DNA of 57,625 bases, the filler included, from Jimgerdemannia flammicorona (Eukaryota), in NCBI GenBank assembly GCA_003990765.1. It is 2 parts of 2 records of this genome, joined end to end, with 100 filler letters (N's around TTAATTAATTAA, not from the genome) between each part and the next. Parts side by side here need not be neighbours in the genome. Positions count along the whole stretch, not along the records: positions 28,867 to 57,625 come from RBNJ01000543.1; 1 more part is not named here. One strand, 5' to 3'. Below are positions 48,910 to 57,625 of this stretch, piece by piece. The position numbers and the translations under genes were made by a program. Under the pieces are notes generated by a model that saw only the letters and a program-made list of their open reading frames with translations, did not search any database and was not told the DNA's origin. How positions within the stretch are numbered: position 1 is the stretch's first letter; every line of letters begins with the position of its first letter.

Positions 48910-50022
48910 ATCTTGAGGATGATGTTCACACACTTCATTTCGTCATTAGAGAAGCACAAATTTGTCAATACTCACGGTCCAGTGAATCCTCGAGACCATT
49001 TTATCGTCCCATTCGAGAGGCTAGATTCCTGCAACGAACTTGTTGATGCCGTGCGGAAAGGTGAATGTCCTCTTTTTGTGGGAAGCTTCCAGTCCGGCAA
49101 GACATCGACATTGAAGTACCTGTCCGAAATTCACCGCAACTGGTTCTACATCGGTTCTCATAACCTCGGCAAACGGAAGGAAGACATTCTCCAGACGATC
49201 TGTCGCGAACTTTCAAAAGAATTCCAATGTTAATCCGTCGACGATTTAGACCATTGCATCAAGATGTCTTATAAAAGCCCGGTCGTATTGATGTTAGATG
49301 AATTCGATAGTTATCTCCTTCGCGGCCCACACGTCGCTAAAGGGCTCCAATCCTTGGCGGAACTTGTCAATGCTGTAAGAAATGGACGTTTAAAAATGAT
49401 TCGGTCCATTGTGTGCGCCGGGAGATTCACCCTTTCCCAACTTACATCGGAGCTCACCCTACAGTCGCCTTGGAATGATTCAAATATTATCGAGGCATCG
49501 AATTTTTCGAAAGAAAACCATCAGCATTTCTTCCGCGTGATCGAAAACGAGACGGGTCGGCGCTTCGCCCCAGATATCGTTGAAGATATATTCAGTCGTA
49601 TTCAAGGTGACGCTGGATTCGAAGGGATTTTTGCCTCGAAATGCATCGAATGGGTAGCTAATACAGAAGATGGCACTCTCAGACTTCAGCAATTCCTTCC
49701 TCGCGTTATTGATTTCACTCGCACGGAGAAGTTCGAGGTCGTAAATCACGTCCAAAGTCGCTTGGATACTAAAGGCGGCAGGAGAACTCCGTTGATGGTT
49801 ACCACAAATAACCTTTTGGTGAGATTTCTCCACGTCGGGTTCCTCTCAAATGACAGTATCAGGCAACATGAATCAGATGCGCTCACCTATCTCCGGGGCC
49901 TCGGTATCATCAAGAAAGACGGAGATAGATACTCCTTCAGTTCCAATTTGCTATTCGATCTGCTCCTAGATAAATTCTACGCCTGGGCCCCAGTTCTTCC
50001 TGAGAGATTCCGACACGTTTAG
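48910..50022 (+). pseudogene. P-loop NTPase (AAA+/STAND-like, Crinkler-associated type) with an in-frame stop
   Basis: Walker A GSFQSGKT and Walker B VLMLDEFD. ORFs 48688-49233 and 49264-50022 are in the same frame, separated by TAA at 49231-49233. The true 5' end is uncertain. Confidence 0.7.
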
Positions 50023-50439
50023 GATTCGGAGCATCTCTTGTAGCTAGCGGTTTCGCCATCATTACCTTTTATGAGAGTATTTTTGTGGTATGTTTGTATC
50101 AACGAATACTTCAGTCATTGTAAAGCCGAGCTCATTGTTTTATAACGTCTGCTTTTCTTGCAATCTAAGCATTGAATAAATAAATATCGGAAATAACTTC
50201 GATCGCGTCTTCGTTTGTAACGCTACGCCTTGGGTGTTAAGTGCAAAATAGTACGTGGGACAGAAGGAACCTTCAAGGCCGCGGCGACGAAACATTCATT
50301 TTTTTTTTTTTTTTTACTTTAATATCAGGTGGGCTCTTTTACATGTACGCATGTCACGACTCTTGCGCAGGGCCATCTCATTACTATTTTGACTTATCCA
50401 AACCCTCGAATCACAACACTAGCGTAACAACGTAACAAT

Positions 50440-50960
50440 TCGAAACCGAATCGTGTATATTTCCATGTTTGCCGATGAACGTGTTGTTAGCACGTCGTCT
50501 TTTACACGAACAGCGCAAAAGCAATCGACTAATTCGGATGTCAAACCCGACATTTCGCATATACCGCGGCGAGCAGCTCGACATGATCGAGAATGCGGAG
50601 TCACATGCTCAAAAACGCAGATCCGCAGGTCCCGTCAACAACTCGTTGAGGCGTGATATGCACAAACCTGGAGTTCGTAACGAAATACGTGACAACCTGG
50701 GAACCTACTGGAATGAGCGTGAAACACAACGACGGCACGTAACCTACGCCTACGCATTCATGGCATCCTCTGTAATCGAAGCGCAAACATACGACGAAGC
50801 GGTGAATTCTCTTGACGATAAAGAATGGAAAAATGCTATGGACGAAAAATACGAATGCAACCCTTCCGCATCACCCGCCGATACGTCAGTCAAGCTAAAG
50901 AAGTCCGAGACAACCTCCGAAACGACATCTACACAAGTAACGGAAACGACAATGAATTAA
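50440..50960 (+). pseudogene. Ty1/copia pol relic (internally deleted)
   Basis: EAQTYDEAVNSLDDKEWKNAMDE matches the copia pre-RT EPxTYxEA...W..AM motif. It is fused directly to YECNPSASPADTSVKL, which resembles the later copia RT segment (CNP..TP...KL). Confidence 0.7.
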
Positions 50961-52179
50961 GCGGGAGTAACGACATCCGTAACAACGACTCTTCGACGCC
51001 GACTGGACTGGTGATCTCGACGAACGACGCTCTACGACTGGAATACCTCTTTAGCGAAATTTGAACAATGCGCTCAGCTAATGTCTCTTATTAGCACTTA
51101 GCAACCTCTTTACATAATCTATTTAACCTTTTAGCGCATTTCCCTCTTTATTTCGAAGTACAACATCATTCTAAGTGCTGCACGTGACTTTTCAATCAGC
51201 GAAAGCCTCAAGATATAAAGCTTTGTATTTATGCATTTCCTGCTTATCAGTTATGAGTTATTCAGGATATCTCGTTGAGCGGGAGTGTTGGGCGTTATCT
51301 AAGTAATTTGTGGCTTTCGTTACAAAATCGACGCCACAAATTGTATATACGTCACTAGAAGCATTGTTTGCAATATCAATAAAAATGCCGCTCTTTGTCA
51401 AGTACAATATTACGATAGATAGCTGGGTTAGGCAAGGAGATATCAGTAAGAGTATGGTTATGCTATCTGACAATGATGCCAGCTAATGTGGTATAGGAGT
51501 ATTACGAGCAGGTGAGGAGGATGAAGTAGAAAAAGATAGATGTGAATAAAGCTTAGTTATATGAATTTTAAGTATATATAAGCCACAGAAAATACAATGC
51601 CAAGGGGATTAAGGGCTTGCAGATTCTCAAGTTAGTAATGGCGATCAAGGAACTCATGTGAACTTCAAAATCCATTTTTTACAGCCAATGTCAAAGAACA
51701 GGTGACTTAGACTCAGGTGACTTGACACTGACTTGCTTACACTTGACGAAATAAATTTCGGGCTCGCTTTTTCTCTAATTTGATTCTTTACACACTAACA
51801 TAATCTGTAATACATACGTTTTCAGCTCCGCTGTGGAGTCGTATTACGTGTTCAATTCTGTTATTACGTGTTCAATTCTGTTATCATGTCATTTATCTGC
51901 TGGCAACATGTAAAAGTCTTTTGAACCAATCCGCGCTGAGACCTCGGAGTGGCTCTTGTTCGAGATACAGACTGGACGGCGGTAAAATTAAGTGTAACCT
52001 CGCTGGGAGCGTCACCGCCAATTGACCGTCACTCTAGCTACATCGACAGTAGACCGAGAGCGCCTTTGCGTTCGGTTGAAAATGTATTTAAAAGCGCATG
52101 TTGGCAGGATACTCATGCTCTCACCCCAAGCAATCCAAGCAATCGCAAACGAACTCCTTCAACAATTTCCAAGCTTTCA

Positions 52180-53447
52180 ATGGCTCCCCTCTCCTCCGCC
52201 AGAATCCTGCGTGTTCTCGCTTTGGTTGCTTGCGTCCTCGGCTCCATCCAGCTGGCTTACGCTGGCCCTATCGAGCGTCACGCCGCTTCTGTTAACGGAA
52301 GCGCCGCTCCCGTTAACGGAAGTGTCGCTCCCGTTAATGGAAGTGCCCCTCACGTTAATGGAAGCGCCGCTCCCATTAACAGGATTGCCGGCTACGCCAC
52401 GCTCCACGGCGGCACTAAGGGCGGTAGAGGCGGCTCGACTGTGACGGTCAAGACTCTTGCAGCCTTGAAGAAGGCTGTCGCTGGCAAAACAGCGCGCATC
52501 GTCAAGGTCTTGGGCATTATCAACCTCCGCAATACCGCCATCCTCGTCGGCTCCTACAAGTCCATCCTCGGCGTCGGTTCCAAATCGGGCTTCATCAACG
52601 GCGGCCTCTATATTAAGGGCCAGAAGAACGTCATTGTCCGAAACCTCAAATTCTCCTACTCCCTCGCCCCCATTGATGCCATCGGCGTCGATACGTCCAC
52701 CAACATCTGGATTGACCACAACGAGTTCCTCTCCGACATGTCTCACGGCAAGGACTATTACGACGGCCTGGTCGACATCACCCATGCCTGCGACTACGTA
52801 AGTTGTGAGATCGATTTCGCATTCTAAATTGCACGAAGCATGTTGTCTTTTCTGACTGGAACCTCCGATTTTTCTCTCCTTCCAGGTCACTGTCTCCTGG
52901 AACCGCTTCCACGACCATTACAAGGTCTCGCTCGTTGGCCACTCCGATACAAACGCGATTCAGGACACGGGCCACCTCCACGTCACCTACCATCACAACT
53001 ACTTCTACAACGTCGGTTCCCGCCTCCCCTCGATCCGCTTCGGGTCCGGCCACGTCTACAACAACCTCTTCGAGAACGCTGACACCGCCTGCCACTCCCG
53101 CATGGGTGCCAAGATGCTCGTCGAATCCAATGTCTTTTCCGGTGTGAAAACCGCTATCCAGACTAATATGGGCTCCGAGAAAGATGGTTACGCCGTCCAG
53201 CGCAACAACATGTAAGCAACTGTACTTCTGCTTCTAATATATTGTTTTCGAGCGAGCATTAGGACAAGCTTCTCACGTCCTTCCACTTTTCTCTTCAATT
53301 AGCCTCGGTGGCGGTGCTATTAAAATCAGCCAGGCTGGCTCCCCTACCCTCGGCTACAACGCCATCATTGATGACGTTTCCTCGGTGTCCGACATTGTCA
53401 AGGCCTATTCGGGAATTGGCAAGATGAACTTGCATGCGGTTGTATAA
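52180..53447 (+). CDS. Secreted pectate lyase, polysaccharide lyase family 1 (362 aa; exons 52180-52797, 52886-53211, 53303-53447)
   Basis: Hydrophobic signal peptide. PL1 motifs GTKGG.GG, NVIVRNL, NIWIDH, DGLVDI, VTVSWNRF, VTYHHNYF and RLPSIRFG. Two GT-AG introns (52798-52885, 53212-53302) whose removal keeps the frame to TAA at 53445-53447. Confidence 0.93.
52291..52380 (+). repeat. 21-bp coding tandem repeat (VNGSAAP-like x4)
   Basis: gttaa(c/t)ggaag(c/t)g... repeated four times in frame between the signal peptide and the catalytic domain. Confidence 0.9.
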
Positions 53448-54049
53448 AGCAGCTTGTACAAAGATAGACAGATAATCATCGTGTTGAAAAAGAAGCTTGC
53501 CACTTTATAATTCGATACCATCTGGACGACAACGGGCTGTTACTGTTTGCGCTTCCTGTCTTACATATATTTGTTCCTGATATATCAATAAATGAGTTCC
53601 CCTCAACTTTGGGTTCGCCAGCGTTGTGGCATTTTGGACGATACCATTATTATTAGCTTGGATGATATGATTGGGTTGTGATACATGCGTAGCAGAAAGA
53701 AAGAAACGAACATGATTTTGACAAGAGCAGATTTGGTTATCTTGCAACGAGAAAGGTAGTTACGATATTGCCCGATCGCGCTAAAGACATCCTGGGCTTT
53801 GGGGATCGTCGCGATCGCGATACAATTTTGGTGACTCGAGAAGAGGTCGCACCAAATGGGGCGCAATTTTTCAAAAGGTGCCTTATGGCCTATCAGGATT
53901 AGTACCTTTTTGAATGAATGGTGCTACCGTGACCATAACGGGTGCCTTGCGACTAAGCATCGCTTTGTTCCGGACCGTTCAGAGTTGGTTTCTGCCATCC
54001 TGAAAGTGTTGGCATGCTTTATTTTGTCTTAGACATTTTACATGAAATA

Positions 54050-56290
54050 TGGTATGACATGTGGGTTCTGTCTAAGACCTATGTATGAGACATTTCAGAT
54101 GTAAAACATGGTTATAATAAATGAATGTCTACAGCTCCCATGGAGTTCCTTTAGCCATTTTGAAAGCTTGGCAGTTCACCTTTTCTTATGACACATTGAT
54201 TATTAATGATGAACAACTCCAGCAGCAACAATACAATTAGGCCACTCTGGCCATACTGAATTCCTTTGACAGGTCATCTAGGCAGTCATGGTTAGTCTCT
54301 GCCCTCCACTGTCAGATCCAGTGATTGCAAATGAGCATGAGTGACAATGTGTCATTGATGCCCTCTTTCTGTGATGCTCCAGGAGATATGCCAGTACCCC
54401 CATCATCCCAGGAGATAACCCTGATGGAATGGACCTCTATGATAACAACTCTGATAGCAGTGATGATGAATTCCTCACTGCTACCAGCTTTTGGAAGCTC
54501 CTACATTGCAATCCTGAGCCAAAACATGTGTCTTCTATACCCTTTCCATTGATGATACCTTGGTTAATAATTTCAGCAAGACAGCCAAGAAAGCAGACAA
54601 GATTCTTGCTGACATCTAATGAGTGCTCTACAATATACTTTGATCCATTACCATCACTCTCTATACCCTTGAACTATAGGCCAATGAGGCTTATCTCTAC
54701 TATCATAGACTAGTCCATGATGCTGTCATTTCTCCCCTGGTGGAAAAACTATAAGACTCTCCTTGGATTGGCTTTTATAAGGCCAAATACATTCAGATCC
54801 ACTGATGCATTGAACTTGTTAAGGCCACTGGTTGGTTCCCATCTCTTATCTCTATATATTATACTCTGGCTTCAGAATTATAATATGACTACAACTTCTT
54901 CAGCACTGAATTCACCCACTACTTTCAAGATAATGTAAAGTATCAAAAGCACTATCTCACTATCAAGAAAGCAACTAAATCTCAAGACCAGGATAATTCT
55001 TCTTATTATAGTATATCTTTCTTCAGAAACTATAGTTGGGGAAATAGATCTTGGGGCAGCTATTGTCCCTACTACTACAATGTAATAACAAGTTCTTAGA
55101 ACTCCTCTCTAAGATCAGCCAATCAAAGAAGGTCTCTATATTGAGCCCCAGTCTTATTCAATTCTATTACTTACTTCTAAGAGACTAACTAATACATATA
55201 GTTGATTCCAAAACTATGAATATTATTACCAAGGTAAGGGCATAACTAACCTAGATTTCTGAGACAGTTTGGACAAATCTGAATGTCAATCACTAGATCA
55301 CCAATACTACTCATAGTAAGACTCAGATCAAATGAGTAAACCCCCTAATCTCTCTTTAGTATTAATCTCAATTCTTCTACAAAAAGAGTATTTCCACAAT
55401 AGAGAAGACTCTGGTAGATATATCTATTATATAATTCCTAAATAAGAATGCTATCTATACTACTCTGCCCAGTAAACTACTCTTCTTCTCTAGTATCTTC
55501 ACTATCTTCCAGATTGATAAGTATCATATCTATATTAATATCTATTTGCTGAACAAGTTCATAAAGTAATTGTACTTTAAGATAGAAGATATTCAAACTC
55601 TATAGCATATGGTTTGACTGGGCAACTTCTTGGTCAAGATCAATATCAAGGATGTCTACCTCTATATCTCTCTTTATTCTACTGATCAATATCTCCTGGC
55701 CTTCTATTAGTGATCTCTCAACTAGAAATTCTGGACATATTCTTTAATCTATTGTCTGCTTTCTAGATATGAACTAAGATGATGACAGCTGTCCTGATAT
55801 CTCTGCAAGAGTACAGCATTTATCTTACTTACTATATTGATGATATATATCCTTCTATCTGTAGTTTAGATATACTTAATATATTTCTAATTGAGTTCTT
55901 GCACCATGTTATTGATTTGACCATAGGTCAGAGTGGTAACTATTTCAGTAGTAGTAACTTAGAGATAGAGAATAAAGATATTATACTTGTGAAAGAGTTT
56001 TTGATATTTATATAGGATGAGCTTCTGGTATTGAGACATTTTAGTAATATCTGTATCATAGTGATGATTAATCATATCTTCCAGGAGATGGTCAATCTGA
56101 TAGTAGCTTGAGATTTGTCTGATTCAGTAGGTCTTGCTAAGTATGTTCAGAATATTTTATCAGACTTTTATAAAGTAAAGAAGTACTAAGCTATAGATAT
56201 TCATAAAAGGCAGAGATGCTATGGCCTAGTTAACAATAGTATTCCAAATATCAGTACAGATGTAGTTGTAGACTTCAGTGATCATGGCTA
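54050..56290 (+). mobile_element. Degenerate DIRS-like retrotransposon fragment (RT/RNase H)
   Basis: ~55545-55670 reads LNKFIK..YFKIEDIQTL and VKINIKDVYLYI, matching the DIRS RT pattern LNKFI..HFKME / KIDLKDAY. YYIDDI at ~55830. No tyrosine recombinase was recognised, and the 5' boundary is approximate. Confidence 0.65.
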
Positions 56291-56599
56291 GATATATATT
56301 TGAGAGTTATTATTATTTAGTTTATTGTGGTTCTCTATTTTATTATATTATATATACTTTTAATCTTAATTAGTAAGATTCTATTTTCATATATCTTGTA
56401 TTCTGTAACTTCAAGTTGACTCAGCTTCATGATCTGTAGCTTTGGTTTGACTTAGCTTTATAATCTTATATGTGATTTCTGAATTTATTCTGAGTATAAT
56501 ATGCAGTTTCAGTGGCTTGGAGAGTGTGTGCTTACAACTAATCTATTTAAAGAAGTCAAGAAGGAGTATACTAAGAATACTAATATATAAAAAATTACT

Positions 56600-57365
56600 A
56601 AACAAATTCTTAAAGAAGATAATAATATTATAAAGAAGGTCTTCAAGAATATATCTATACTTGTATCTTGACAATATAAGAATCTGAGGTTCTGACACCT
56701 CTCTCTACTTATAAATCCTATAAGAACTATATGATACATACATCTATAGCTAGATATATGGAATTTGATAAGATATATTAATATATTATCTAAGACTTCT
56801 ACTGGTCCAAAATAATATCTAACATTAAGAATTATATTATATTCTATAATATCTGCTAAAGATATAAGCCTAGCAATCAGGCACTAGCTAGCATACTATA
56901 ACTATTACTAATTTCTATCTGAAATTAGAATTATATCAGAATGGACTTTATTGTCTAGTTGCCAAAAATCAAGAAGAGAAGGAATGTGATCATCATCTCC
57001 ATTGATTATCTCAGCAAGCAGACTCACTTTTTTATAACAACTACTACTGTAATAGCATTAGAAATAGTATAGTTATTTATTGACAATATGTTCCACCTTT
57101 ACAGACTACCATCAGCAATTATCTCAGACTGAGATGCAAAGTTTACAAGTAACTTTTGACAAGCAATCTTCAAGAGCCTAGGAGTGCAACTGAAAATATC
57201 TACAGTATACCATCTGCAAACAGAGCCAGACAGAAAGAACTAATTGAACCCTGAAGCAGATGCTTAGCATCTATTTTGGCTACAAGCAAAATGATTGAGA
57301 TGAAAAGTTGACCCTAGCTGAGTTTGCATACAACAACAGCATAAGTGCAAGCACCAAGATGACCT
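56600..57365 (+). pseudogene. Ty3/Gypsy integrase fragment
   Basis: MDFI (56941), LPSAIISD.DAKFTSNF, LGVQLKISTVYHLQT, TERTN, LAEFAYNNSISAST. Confidence 0.85.
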
Positions 57366-57625
57366 GAACTATGGACTGCTTTAATGATGGAGGTCGATAT
57401 GAGAGGTGAGTAGCCTGATAAAAGGAGTCATGCGAGTTCGGACGTGAGGGCGTGGGAGCCGGTTCGGGAGGAGGGCATGGGGAATTGATTTAGGTGGAGG
57501 GTGCTAGATGGTTCGGGTGGAGTTCATTGGAGGGTGTTGGGAGGTGGTTTGGGTGGAGGGTGTGGAGGTAGGAGGGGTTCGGTGGTTACGGGTGGGGAGG
57601 GGGTTACGGGAGGTGGGTAGGGAGG

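Noticed and set aside
51949..52179. Upstream extension of the pectate lyase ORF in the ORF track
   Set aside because: It starts at GTG. The ATG at 52180 precedes the signal peptide and follows a TATA-like box.
57366..57625. G-rich end of the window as telomeric repeat
   Set aside because: There is no regular repeat unit. It is more likely the edge of another element cut by the window boundary.

Overview
Eukaryotic, most likely fungal, genomic DNA: it has GT-AG introns, a secreted PL1 pectate lyase and fungal-type transposons. An early-diverging lineage such as Mucoromycota is plausible but is only an inference. About 85% of the window is nested transposon debris. It contains five copies of one G-rich L1/Tx1-clade LINE family, three of them nested inside one another (10670-26352, each with its own target-site duplication). 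It also contains pogo-like and Tc1/IS630-like DDE transposase relics, two dUTPase-carrying Ty3/Gypsy elements, a DIRS-like RT, a further Gypsy integrase and a copia relic. A ~1.18-kb poly(A)-tailed element with no long ORF occurs four times; two copies have visible TSDs. It shares its 5' terminal motif with the LINE and looks like a non-autonomous LINE-dependent retroposon, which is the most novel-looking item here. A CpG-rich island (~46.7-54.0 kb) holds a disrupted P-loop NTPase gene and an intact 3-exon pectate lyase, whereas the flanking TE domains are strongly CpG-depleted and C-to-T eroded. The 100-bp N/TTAATTAATTAA block at 28767-28866 is an artificial linker, so the two halves may not be adjacent in the genome.
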